A DNA stretch of 19,385 nucleotides. Source: an uncultured bacterium (GTDB lineage Bacteria > Krumholzibacteriota > Krumholzibacteriia > Krumholzibacteriales > Krumholzibacteriaceae). Shown piece after piece: positions 1-8,864 of this stretch. Made by a program: the position numbers and the translations under genes. The notes below the pieces were generated by a model. That model saw only the letters and a list, made by a program, of their open reading frames with translations, made no database searches and had not been told where the DNA came from. Position 1 is the stretch's first letter; each line of letters opens with the position of its first letter. The stretch spans positions 1 through 19,385 of the forward strand of contig CBDUYR010000052.1 of NCBI GenBank assembly GCA_965371515.1, given 5' to 3'.

Positions 1-89
1 AACAAAATCAGAACGGTCACCAGAAGACATAAGGATAATCCCGCAAACACCCTGATACCGGCTAACCGGGAATATTCCGGCTTCTTCAT
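1..89 (-). CDS. 5' end of a secreted or membrane protein (runs off the window edge)
   Basis: Not in the ORF track. Minus-strand AAGGAGGA (97-104) lies 7 nt before ATG at 89, giving MKKPEYSRLAGIRVFAGLSLCLLVTVLIL..., a basic N-terminus followed by a hydrophobic stretch. Confidence 0.75.
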   Translation of the reverse strand, partial: MKKPEYSRLAGIRVFAGLSLCLLVTVLIL

Positions 90-342
90 TACTGCATCCT
101 CCTTAATTCAATGTACCAATCGACTATCCATCGAAAAACACGTGGTATCTCGTCTGGCAACGTGCCATCTGGTTATGACAGTCTGATACTATTCTGGAGG
201 TGGGGTATCGGAAAGAAGGGCGCCAAACAAACATACGGGAAAATACCGTATGACTTGAATATCCACCTTACCTCTCCTGTTAAAATATATGCGGTAATTT
301 CTTGGCAGTCAAATACTCATTGGCGGATGGCCTGATATTTTA

Positions 343-366
343 ATCACTCCCGGCGCCGGGAGTGAT
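343..366. repeat. Perfect 24-bp palindrome ATCACTCCCGGCGCCGGGAGTGAT
   Basis: Read directly; the sequence equals its own reverse complement. It sits in a divergent intergenic region. Confidence 0.9.
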
Positions 367-422
367 CTCCTCAATCCTTTCCCTCCTTGCCAGCACGCGG
401 CCGTTGCTGTAGATTGCCAGCG

Positions 423-1289
423 ATGAACGCTATTATCAGATTAACTGCACTGGTAATCATTATCGGTACAGCCACGGCAGTCGCAGCTCCGACACCTCTC
501 GGACCTGCCTCAATAGAGGATTCCACGACTGTGCCCCAAGCGGCCGTGCACACGGCGATTACGACAGATTCCGAGACGGAAGAGCCGTTCGTAGCGCCTC
601 CTGCCCCCGACGAGGGCTCCCTCGAAGTCAGAATGTTCAGGCTCCTCAATGGAAGGGCTGCCAATCCTGTTCTCGATTTCATCATGCCGATCGTCACCGA
701 CTTCAAGCGCAACCGCATCGTGCTGCTCCTCGTGTGGGCTGCCCTTGTCCTCTTCGGCGGAAACAGGGGAAGGTGGGCGGCGCTGATGCTGATCCCGCTC
801 GTCGCAGCGACAGATCAGCTCTCAGCCTCGGTAATCAAGCCGCTCGTAGGCAGATCGAGGCCGTGCGAACTCCTCGGCGGCATTCACCTCTGGTACGGGC
901 TCGAGGGCTGGATCACAACACCCGCCGAGGTCGTGCGGAGCTACAAATCCTCGTTCTCGTTCCCGTCGAGCCACGCTACGAATATAACCGGGGCCATGCT
1001 CTTCCTCGGCCTCACATTCCGGAAATCGCTCTGGCCTCTCCTTTTCGTGGCGGCGCTGGTCTCCTGGTCCAGGGTATACATCGGCGTCCACTGGACCTCG
1101 GACATCATCGTCGGAATGGCCCTCGGGGCGCTCCTGGGATGGCTCGCCTGGATAGCGTTTAAAAGGATTTACGGGAGCCTGGACCGGAAAGGTTCCAGCG
1201 GCGGATCAGATAATAAAAACGGGACAGACGGCTTTCTGGATGACGCGGGCCGTGGTACTCCCAAAGAGGAAGTCTCCGACTCCGTGTGA
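423..1289 (+). CDS. PAP2-family (type 2 phosphatidic acid phosphatase-like) membrane phosphatase
   Basis: Motifs C1 KPLVGRSRP (KX6RP), C2 PSSH and C3 SRVYIGVHWTSD (SRX5HX3D), with several TM segments. ATG 423 was chosen because it begins a signal-peptide-like segment; the start is uncertain. Confidence 0.9.
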   Translation: MNAIIRLTALVIIIGTATAVAAPTPLGPASIEDSTTVPQAAVHTAITTDSETEEPFVAPPAPDEGSLEVRMFRLLNGRAANPVLDFIMPIVTDFKRNRIVLLLVWAALVLFGGNRGRWAALMLIPLVAATDQLSASVIKPLVGRSRPCELLGGIHLWYGLEGWITTPAEVVRSYKSSFSFPSSHATNITGAMLFLGLTFRKSLWPLLFVAALVSWSRVYIGVHWTSDIIVGMALGALLGWLAWIAFKRIYGSLDRKGSSGGSDNKNGTDGFLDDAGRGTPKEEVSDSV

Positions 1290-2117
1290 CCCCGCCGCTC
1301 CCATTACGATCAGATCGACCTTCTCGTCCTCGGCGGTCTCGCGAATCCGGTCGACCGCCCTTCCCTCCTTCACGACATACTTCACTTTGAAGCCTTCGAG
1401 AGCCTCGCCGAGCTCCAATCTCATCTTTTTTTCCACCCTGTCGTTGAGCTCGGGGTCGAGCTGCAGTATCGATGTGACCCCCGATGTGTAATAGACCGGC
1501 GGTATCTCAACGTCGACGGCATGGAGAACAATGATCTCGGCATCGCCTATCCCGGCGACTGAGCGTAGCATCTCGACCGGTTTGAGAGACTCGTCGGAAA
1601 AGTCGTACGGAAACAGGATCTTTCTGATATAGGCCTCGTGAGTATCTTCATCGACGAACTCGTGCTCGGTCTGCTTGACGACGAGGATCGGGCACGGCGA
1701 GTACCTTATAACGTTCTCGGTGACACTGCCGAGGAGTACATGCTTGAGACCGCTGCGCCCGTGCGTCGACATGCAGATCATGCCGATGTCGCCTTCCTGT
1801 TCAATAAACTCGAGGATTGCCGCGTGCGGTGAGATGCCCTGCACGAGGGCCTTGCGTATCTTGACCCCCGAATCGCCGGCCTTCTCGTAGCATACCTGGA
1901 ATCGGTCGTCGGCGCTCTTCGTGGCCTGCTCACAGTACTTCTGCAGGTACGGGAAGTGGTAGTCCGGCTCGTTCGGATCGTTGTCGTAGATCGTGACTGC
2001 GTGGAGCATAATCAGCTCGGCGTCGTATATCTTCGCCATCTTGATCGCGTACGGCAGTGCGTGATTGGACAAGTCGGAAAAATCCGTTGTGAAGAGCACT
2101 TTCCTGATTTCAGGCAT
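1206..2117 (-). CDS. Universal stress protein, tandem USP domains
   Basis: Two USP units: KVLFTTDFS...MSTHGRSG...LLGSVTENVIRYSPCPILVV and KILFPYDFS...LIVMGAAG...LFGSTTARVIQKAVCPVFII. GGAGG SD upstream. Confidence 0.93.
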   Translation of the reverse strand: MPEIRKVLFTTDFSDLSNHALPYAIKMAKIYDAELIMLHAVTIYDNDPNEPDYHFPYLQKYCEQATKSADDRFQVCYEKAGDSGVKIRKALVQGISPHAAILEFIEQEGDIGMICMSTHGRSGLKHVLLGSVTENVIRYSPCPILVVKQTEHEFVDEDTHEAYIRKILFPYDFSDESLKPVEMLRSVAGIGDAEIIVLHAVDVEIPPVYYTSGVTSILQLDPELNDRVEKKMRLELGEALEGFKVKYVVKEGRAVDRIRETAEDEKVDLIVMGAAGSHGVGDFLFGSTTARVIQKAVCPVFII

Positions 2118-2198
2118 CTCTGGCCTCCGTGATTTCTATGCCGGTATCGAATGGATGAGCCTTTCGGCCGCCCCGTGCGGACGGTTTCGACACTGTTG

Positions 2199-2228
2199 AT
2201 GCTATCGGCCTGCAAGGCGCCGTGTCAA
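2199..2228 (-). promoter_or_regulatory. Candidate sigma70 promoter for the USP gene
   Basis: Minus strand TTGACA-N18-TAGCAT, about 80 nt upstream of the ATG. Confidence 0.45.
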
Positions 2229-2370
2229 GGCGATTCGGGACGAGGCAGAACGGGATTCGAGATGGAATCGGCCACGTGGCGATTTCACTTCACATCTACA
2301 TGCCCCGCTATTATCTTCCCCCTGTTTGCAGGACCGGTAACCGGCCGCGTCAGGCCGGGAGGCGATCGCG

Positions 2371-3741
2371 ATGTCTCTGACAATACTTACGAGAAAGAAC
2401 CGCAGGACTGTACTGATACTGGCGATCGCACTGCTGGCCGGGGCCGCGGTGAGCCGAATCCCGTTCGACGGACTGTCCGAGGCGGGGAAGCTGACCTTCG
2501 GGATCTTTACCGCGGCTGCGATACTCTGGGTCCTCGAGCCGTTCCCCCTCTACGTGACCTCGTTCATCATCGTCATCCTCGAGGTAATCCTTCTCGGGAG
2601 GAACGGCGGGCCGCTCGGACTGACCGGTTCGGGATACATGATCTTCCTACACCCGTTCTTCAGCTCGGTCGTGGTGCTCCTGCTCGGCGGATTCGTGATG
2701 GCTCAAGCCGTCAAGCGGTACGGCATCGACACATGGCTCTTGAGAAAGCTGCTGCACAGGGTCGGAACCAGGCCGGGAGCCGTCCTGCTCGGCGTGATGG
2801 TCATGACCGCCTTCTTCTCGATGTGGATCTCCAACACGGCTACCACGGCCCTGATGATGGCCATCGCCATCCCGGTCGTATGCACATTCCCCGGCAACGA
2901 GCCGTTCAGGAAAGCGATAATCCTCGGAATCCCCTTCGCCGCCAATATCGGCGGCATCGGCACGCCGATCGGCAGTCCCCCGAACGCGATCGCGATCGGA
3001 TTTCTCGAACAGTCCGGACACGAGATATCGTTTCTCCGCTGGATGATCCTCGGGGTGCCGATCGTCATCGTCCTGATACTTGTCTGCTGGCTGATCCTCT
3101 ACACCCTGTTCAGGCCGAAGATCGAGCACGTCGAGCTCGAACTACCGGAAGAGGCTGAATCGCTCGACAGCCGCTCGAAATTCATACTGATCGTCTTCCT
3201 GCTCGTCGTCGTCCTCTGGCTGACCTCGTCCCTGCACGGGATACCCCCCGCGATAACAGCGCTCATACCTTTTGTCATCTTCTTCGGGCTGAGAATGCTC
3301 GATGATGACGACATACGGGAACTCGGCTGGGGGATCCTCTTTATCGTCGGCGGCGGGATGAGTCTCGGTATAGCGATGAGGGAAAGCGGTCTGAGCGAAT
3401 GGATGGTCTCGCAGGTGGATTTCACCGCGATCGGCACGCTGGGAATCCTCTTCCTTTTCGCCGCCGCCGCCGCGATCCTGACGACGTTCATCTCGAACAG
3501 CGCCACGGCCAACCTGCTCCTTCCGATTGTGGTGGGTATCGCCGCTGTCTCGCCGGTGTCGAACGCACTGGTGGTGGCGATAGTGTCCTCGGCGGCGATG
3601 ATACTTCCCGTAAGCACGCCGCCCAACGCGATCGCCTACGGGTCCGGCCATGTCGAGGTACGAGACATGGCAAGGGCCGGATCGATCATCACGGCCTTTT
3701 CGCTCGTATTCGTGACGCTTGTGATATACTTCCTGTTCTGA
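2371..3741 (+). CDS. SLC13/DASS family sodium:anion (dicarboxylate/sulfate) symporter
   Basis: SMWISNTAT and TFISNSAT (SNT-type motifs), GGIGTPIGSPPN and PVSTPPNAIAY; highly hydrophobic; GGGAGG SD 8 nt upstream. Confidence 0.93.
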   Translation: MSLTILTRKNRRTVLILAIALLAGAAVSRIPFDGLSEAGKLTFGIFTAAAILWVLEPFPLYVTSFIIVILEVILLGRNGGPLGLTGSGYMIFLHPFFSSVVVLLLGGFVMAQAVKRYGIDTWLLRKLLHRVGTRPGAVLLGVMVMTAFFSMWISNTATTALMMAIAIPVVCTFPGNEPFRKAIILGIPFAANIGGIGTPIGSPPNAIAIGFLEQSGHEISFLRWMILGVPIVIVLILVCWLILYTLFRPKIEHVELELPEEAESLDSRSKFILIVFLLVVVLWLTSSLHGIPPAITALIPFVIFFGLRMLDDDDIRELGWGILFIVGGGMSLGIAMRESGLSEWMVSQVDFTAIGTLGILFLFAAAAAILTTFISNSATANLLLPIVVGIAAVSPVSNALVVAIVSSAAMILPVSTPPNAIAYGSGHVEVRDMARAGSIITAFSLVFVTLVIYFLF

Positions 3742-3774
3742 GCCCGGCCGCCGTGAGGCGGAAAGGACGCTGTC

Positions 3775-4155
3775 ATGCCTGTAAATAAGAAGAAAGGCTC
3801 CGAGAGAGCGCGACTCGAGCACTGCCCGAAGTGCGGAGCAATAGAGACGAAGAACAACGTCTATTTCCGCAGGGGCAAGAAGATCAGGATCTATATCGAG
3901 TGCGCGAAATGCGGTGAGTTCGTCTCAAGATACACACTGTCCGGCTACACCTCCGACAAGCCGTACGAATCGATCCTCGCGAGGATGCGGACGATCCGCC
4001 TCAACAGCGGTAAACGCACCCTCGACATGGTCAAGGGCTTTGGCGACGAGGTGCGGGACGAGTACGAGCACGTGCTCGAGATGATCAGTACGCAGGAGGA
4101 CGATCGAAAGATCGAGGAGATCATCGAGGATGATTTCGACGGCATGACCGATTGA
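3775..4155 (+). CDS. Hypothetical protein with N-terminal Zn-ribbon (CPKC...CAKC) and acidic C-terminus
   Basis: AAGGA SD, two CxxC pairs, 33 nt downstream of the DASS gene on the same strand. Confidence 0.75.
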   Translation: MPVNKKKGSERARLEHCPKCGAIETKNNVYFRRGKKIRIYIECAKCGEFVSRYTLSGYTSDKPYESILARMRTIRLNSGKRTLDMVKGFGDEVRDEYEHVLEMISTQEDDRKIEEIIEDDFDGMTD

Positions 4156-4183
4156 TCCGCGCCCGATCAGTACCCGTGAAGCA

Positions 4184-4212
4184 TTGACCGCCGCGCACCG
4201 TTGCATTATCAT
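4184..4212 (+). promoter_or_regulatory. Candidate sigma70 promoter for the glycosyltransferase gene
   Basis: TTGACC (4184-4189)-N17-TATCAT (4207-4212), ending 8 nt before ATG 4221. Confidence 0.6.
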
Positions 4213-4220
4213 TCACGCTG

Positions 4221-5783
4221 ATGAAACGGATGGAAAAAAACAGCGGCCGCACCAGATATATCAGCGAGATCTTTCTCGAAGCGATGGTCATACTCGTCGC
4301 CGCGGCGGCCCGCCTCCTTCACGTAATATTCACGGTACGCCTCAATCCCCTTGCGAACAACCTCGTCCTCGACTCGATGGTCTACGACAAGTGGGCCAAG
4401 GCCCTCGTCTGGGGAGGCGAGCTCCCCGCGACGAAACTCATGCAGGCGCCGCTCTACCCGTGGTTCCTCTCGCTGATCTACCGCGTCTTCGGACCCTCCC
4501 TGACTGCCGTGCGGAGTGTGCAGGCCTTGCTCGGAATATTCACCTGCGCCTTCATCGCGATCATAACGCGGCGTCTGTTCAGGTCGTCGACGGCCGGAAT
4601 CATCGCCGGCCTTCTCGCTGCGCTCTACCTGCCCGCGATATTCTACGAGGGAATCCTCCTGCCGGCCACCCTCGCACTCTTTCTCAACGCCCTTTTCGTG
4701 TTGCTGATGGTTCCCGACACAGGGCACGCCGGACCGCCCAGACTGATAGCGGCAGGATTCGTACTCGGACTTTCCGTGATGACCAAACCGGTGGTACTTC
4801 TCCTGCTGCCATTCGGGCTTCTCTACCTCTGGTTCAGGACGAAGAAATTCAGCGGGGTCGTAGTGAATTTCCTCAAATATGCCGCCGCTCTCGTAATCGG
4901 CCTCTTGCTCGCTATAGCACCCCTTACGATTCGAAACGCGAGGATGACGGGAACGTTCTTGCCGCTCACCTCGGGCGGCGGGATAAACTTCTACATCGGG
5001 CACAATCCGAGGGCGAACGGCTTCTACTCGGTGCCGTTCTACCGCGGTATGTCCCTGGGCGGGACGCCGGAGATCCAGCTGGAGAGAATGAACATGCTCG
5101 CCGAAACGGCAGAGAAACGGAAGCTCTCGCCGGGAGAGATCTCGAGGTTCTGGACAAGGGAAGGCTTGAGGTATATTGCTGCCGAACCAAGCGCCTCAGT
5201 GACACTGACCTTCCGGAAGTTACTTTATTTCTTCAACAGCTACGAACGCGCGAGCGTCGAGAGCATGCCATTCCACAGGAAGTTCGGAGGCATAATCGCC
5301 CTGCCGCTGCCCGGCTACTGGTTCGTCCTCTCTTTTGCGCTGCTCGGGATATTTCTCACGAGAAAGCGCCGGGACAGACTGATCCTGCTTTACGGCGGGG
5401 TGCTGACTTATCTTGCCGCAGCGGTCGTATTCTACGTTCTCGCGCGGTACCGCATACCGGTAGTCGTTTTTCTGATCCCCTTCGCCGGAGCAGCCATATC
5501 GATGCTGCTGAAAATGATCCGGGACAGAAAACTCTTCGACCTCGCGATCATGGCGATAGCCCTATTCATGATCTTCTATGTCACCGGCCTTAGAATGGCC
5601 AGGGATACGTCGTTCGGAAAGGCATCGCGGATTGTAAGACTGGGGAAGGTCCACGCGAACTCTGGCGACATGGAAAAGGCGACCGAGCTCTGGCGGGAAG
5701 CCCTCGAGATCGATCCCGGCCATCCCGACGCAGAGCGCTGCCTGAAGGCCTCCGGGATTTCCGTTCCCCAGAGTAAAAAATAA
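4221..5783 (+). CDS. GT-C fold glycosyltransferase (family 39 / ArnT-PMT-like) with C-terminal TPR
   Basis: First external loop DSMVYDKWA, then APLYP, about 10-12 TM segments and NFYIGHNP. C-terminal TPR-like RLGKVHANSGDMEKATELWREALEIDPGHPDA. Confidence 0.82.
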   Translation: MKRMEKNSGRTRYISEIFLEAMVILVAAAARLLHVIFTVRLNPLANNLVLDSMVYDKWAKALVWGGELPATKLMQAPLYPWFLSLIYRVFGPSLTAVRSVQALLGIFTCAFIAIITRRLFRSSTAGIIAGLLAALYLPAIFYEGILLPATLALFLNALFVLLMVPDTGHAGPPRLIAAGFVLGLSVMTKPVVLLLLPFGLLYLWFRTKKFSGVVVNFLKYAAALVIGLLLAIAPLTIRNARMTGTFLPLTSGGGINFYIGHNPRANGFYSVPFYRGMSLGGTPEIQLERMNMLAETAEKRKLSPGEISRFWTREGLRYIAAEPSASVTLTFRKLLYFFNSYERASVESMPFHRKFGGIIALPLPGYWFVLSFALLGIFLTRKRRDRLILLYGGVLTYLAAAVVFYVLARYRIPVVVFLIPFAGAAISMLLKMIRDRKLFDLAIMAIALFMIFYVTGLRMARDTSFGKASRIVRLGKVHANSGDMEKATELWREALEIDPGHPDAERCLKASGISVPQSKK

Positions 5784-5797
5784 ATTTGTGTTGAGAT

Positions 5798-5861
5798 GAA
5801 CGCGGCCGGGCCCGTAGAAACCCTCGGTGCCTCCGGGGTTTCCGAGGGACCGGCCGCGTTC
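5798..5861. terminator. Long imperfect hairpin between convergent genes; probable bidirectional terminator
   Basis: GAACGCGGCCGG (5798-5809) pairs perfectly with CCGGCCGCGTTC (5850-5861); inner GAAACCC/GGGTTTC stem; followed by TTTATT on the + strand. Confidence 0.65.
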
Positions 5862-5862
5862 T

Positions 5863-7950
5863 TTATTCCTTCTCTGCCCCATCCCGCCTCAGCCACTGCT
5901 CACACCAGTCGAGTATCGACGCGTACCAGAACCTCGAGTTGTGCGGCTGGAGGATCCAGTGGTTTTCGTCCGGGTAGCGAATCATCTTCGACGGTACGCC
6001 GAGACGCTGCAGAGCGGTGAACATCTGCTCGCCCCCTGTAATCGGAACACGGTAGTCGAGCTCTCCGTGGATAATGAGGTGAGGAGTCGAGAAATTCTTC
6101 GCATAACGTATCGGTGAATATAAGTCATTCAGCTCGGGATTATCCCACGGAGTACCCGAGAACTCCCACTCGGGGAACCACAGTTCCTCGGTCGAGCCGT
6201 AAGAGCTCCACTGGTCCGCTTCACCGGCGTGCGTGACGAGAACCGCGAACATCCCGTCCTCGTTGTGTCCCTGGAGCCAATTGCAGACGAACCCGCCGAA
6301 CGAACCACCCCACCCGGCGACCTTGCCGCCGTCTATCCAGTCGTAGTTGGCCAGAACATGCCGCACGCCGCTCCTGATGTCCTCGATTACCTTGCCGCCC
6401 CAGTCGCTGTTGATCCCGTCGCAGAACTCCTGGCCATATCCTGTCGAGCCGCGCGGGTTGCAGAAAAAGACAGCGTAATCGGAGCCGGAAAATACAGCGT
6501 ACTCGGTCCTGTAGGCATATCCGAACATCTGCTGCGGCCCGCCGTGGATCCGCACGAGCAGCGGATACTTCCTGCCCGGATCGAAATTCATCGGCTTTAC
6601 GATGAAACCGTGGACCTTCGCTCCCTCAGCACCCTCGAACCAGATCTCCTCGGCGTCGGGAAAATGATACGTCGCGTAGAGCTCATCGTTGACGCCTGTG
6701 AGCTTCTTCACTCCACCGCCCTTTGCGTTGCAGCGAAATATCTCGTAGTAATGCACCATCGGCCTGTAGAGGTAGGTGAAAAATTTGTCCTTCGGGCCCG
6801 GCTGGACACTGAGATGATAGCCGTGTCCCGCATCTCCCCTGCCGCCGATCACTGTCTTTATCTTCCCGCCTTTAACCGGAACGCTGAAGAGATTTATGTC
6901 GGCCTGGTCCTCTGCACTGAAGTAGATCTTCTTCCCATCGTGTGACCAGAAGAGCGAACCGACGCTGCGGTCAAAATCGGGCGTCAGCGATACCGGCTCT
7001 CCATCGGGAAGCTTGATTACGGTGAGCTCGTAGCGGTCCGATTCGTATCCCGGCCTGCGGGTCGCCCTGTAGGCAATATACTTTCCGTCGGGGGAGATGC
7101 GCGGATGACTGTCTGCCGCGGGATTCGAGGTTACTTTCTGTACCTCTCCATCGCCCTCGAGAGAAACCATCCATATCTCCTCATTGTACGAGACGGCCTG
7201 ATCCTCGTCCTGTTTTCCGGCGAAGTAGATCGTCTTCCCGTCGGGACTCAGATCGAACTCCCTCCCAGCCGAGCCTAGCCAGTAGGTAAGAGCGTCGAAC
7301 TTCAGCGCCGGCGTGAGGTCACGCGGCTCGCCGTCCTCCGCTGCAATATGGAAGAGGTGCTGGACCTTCCCGTCCTCGTACGTGTCCCAGTGCCTGTACA
7401 TGAGACTCTTGTGGACCATCGCAGTGACCTTGCACTTCTCCTTTTCCTCGTCCTTCTCCTCAACGCATTCGAAATCCTCGCAACCGGGGTAGATGCGGGC
7501 GGTGAATATGAATCCCGCACCGTCATTCGTCCAGATGAAGTCACCCACTCCCCCGTATATGTCTGTAGCCTTTCGTGCCTCGCCGCCCTGCAGAGGCAGG
7601 ATGTATATCTGGCGCGAATCGTCTCGCGAGGAGAGGAACGCTATCGTTGTGCCGTCGGGCGACCAACGTGGATGATTGTCGCTCTTCAGGCTCGTAGTCA
7701 TCCTGCGGCCCTCGCCTCCGCCGGCAGGGATGATCCATATATCGGAATTTCTGCTGTTCTCATCGAAATCGGTGACGCTCACCACGTAGGCGATCCACTT
7801 GCCGTCGGGCGAAACCTGGTTGTCACCGACTCGTTTGAGCTTCCAGAGATCGTCGGGCGTCCAGGGCTTTTTCCCTTCATCCGCCGCCGCCGGAAGTACA
7901 ATCGCCGCTGTCAGAGCCATCACGACCAGAAAAATGGATATCCTTCTCAT
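5863..7950 (-). CDS. Secreted S9 family peptidase (dipeptidyl aminopeptidase/acylaminoacyl peptidase) with PD40-like beta-propeller
   Basis: HGGP, NPRGSTGYG, nucleophile GGSFGG, Asp in HGELDYRV and His in DENH; repeated SPDG propeller motifs. Start moved to ATG 7950 (AAAGGAG SD, signal peptide MRRISIFLVVMAL...AAA). Confidence 0.93.
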   Translation of the reverse strand: MRRISIFLVVMALTAAIVLPAAADEGKKPWTPDDLWKLKRVGDNQVSPDGKWIAYVVSVTDFDENSRNSDIWIIPAGGGEGRRMTTSLKSDNHPRWSPDGTTIAFLSSRDDSRQIYILPLQGGEARKATDIYGGVGDFIWTNDGAGFIFTARIYPGCEDFECVEEKDEEKEKCKVTAMVHKSLMYRHWDTYEDGKVQHLFHIAAEDGEPRDLTPALKFDALTYWLGSAGREFDLSPDGKTIYFAGKQDEDQAVSYNEEIWMVSLEGDGEVQKVTSNPAADSHPRISPDGKYIAYRATRRPGYESDRYELTVIKLPDGEPVSLTPDFDRSVGSLFWSHDGKKIYFSAEDQADINLFSVPVKGGKIKTVIGGRGDAGHGYHLSVQPGPKDKFFTYLYRPMVHYYEIFRCNAKGGGVKKLTGVNDELYATYHFPDAEEIWFEGAEGAKVHGFIVKPMNFDPGRKYPLLVRIHGGPQQMFGYAYRTEYAVFSGSDYAVFFCNPRGSTGYGQEFCDGINSDWGGKVIEDIRSGVRHVLANYDWIDGGKVAGWGGSFGGFVCNWLQGHNEDGMFAVLVTHAGEADQWSSYGSTEELWFPEWEFSGTPWDNPELNDLYSPIRYAKNFSTPHLIIHGELDYRVPITGGEQMFTALQRLGVPSKMIRYPDENHWILQPHNSRFWYASILDWCEQWLRRDGAEKE

Positions 7951-8076
7951 TCCCGCTCCTTTCGCAGGGCCCGTGCCGGACCGCTGATCGTCCATTTACA
8001 CTTGCGGCTTTCTGCCGCGGTCCCGATAGGATATAATCCCCGGCGGATTGTGAAAAGAACCAAAATGGAGGAAGCG

Positions 8077-8850
8077 ATGCTTTTCGACGACGATCCCCGC
8101 GATATAAGGAAAAAGAATTTCATCGAGCGCATGAGGCGCAGAAATTCGAGCGCGCTCCTCGGCCCCCTGGCGGAGAAGATCGCTGCCTGGGAAAAGGGCG
8201 AAGCCGAAGCGGCAGCTGTCTTTAAGACAGCCGGCTACGCGGCGCGAAAGGGCGAGGCGATGATCGCCGATTTCAAGAAGCGGCCCGACGTGATCCTCGC
8301 CGGCATCGCGATGGACGAGAACAGGTACATCACCGCCCTGGGCGACATCGGCATAGAGGTACGCCTCGCTGATATTACCGAAGTGTTCTCCGACGCCATC
8401 GTCACGCCCGTCGATCCCGACGGCGGCATGACGGCCGGCGCCGCGATAGCGGCGAAAGAATCCGGCGGTGAGGCTATCGAGAAGGAAGCGATGGAAAAGG
8501 CGCCGATAGCCTCCGGCAGCGCTGTATCGACCGGGCCGGGCGACCTGGCCACGGGGAACGTCATCCATGCCGCGGTCAACGACGACTCGGGCGGTATAAC
8601 AGCCGGTTCGGTCACGAAGGCCCTGGCGGCCGCGCTGAAGGAAGCAGAGGAGCTCGAGGCGGAAACTTTGGCGGTGCCCGGACTGGGATTCGTCGACGGG
8701 GGGATCGGGGCGGAAGAATCCGCAGCCGCCATCGTAAAAGCGGTGGAGAATCACAGCGGGAATTCGATCACCAAGGTGCTGCTCTTAGATATCGTAGAGG
8801 AAGTCGTCGCCGCCTTCATAAACGAACTCGAGAAACGGGACGAGGAATAG
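8077..8850 (+). CDS. Macro-domain protein (ADP-ribose-binding fold) with an ~90-aa N-terminal extension
   Basis: From ~8353: IEVRLADITE, DAIV, GGEAIEKE, AVSTGPGDL, VIHAA and LAVPGLG match the macrodomain pattern. GGAGG SD precedes ATG 8077, and TATAAT is at 8032-8037. Confidence 0.82.
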   Translation: MLFDDDPRDIRKKNFIERMRRRNSSALLGPLAEKIAAWEKGEAEAAAVFKTAGYAARKGEAMIADFKKRPDVILAGIAMDENRYITALGDIGIEVRLADITEVFSDAIVTPVDPDGGMTAGAAIAAKESGGEAIEKEAMEKAPIASGSAVSTGPGDLATGNVIHAAVNDDSGGITAGSVTKALAAALKEAEELEAETLAVPGLGFVDGGIGAEESAAAIVKAVENHSGNSITKVLLLDIVEEVVAAFINELEKRDEE

Positions 8851-8864
8851 GGATAAATCCCCTT

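Noticed and set aside
111..335. 74-aa ORF in the divergent intergenic region
   Set aside because: No SD or recognisable motif, and it overlaps the candidate promoter elements.
2151..5593. Long alternative-frame ORFs (2151..3158, 3142..3822, 4184..5593, 4209..5003)
   Set aside because: They are Arg-rich, lack recognisable motifs and overlap well-supported genes, as expected in high-GC DNA.
7348..8076. N-terminal 243 codons of the 500-aa ORF 7348..8850
   Set aside because: This is largely an antisense shadow of the S9 peptidase; the SD and -10 support a start at 8077.
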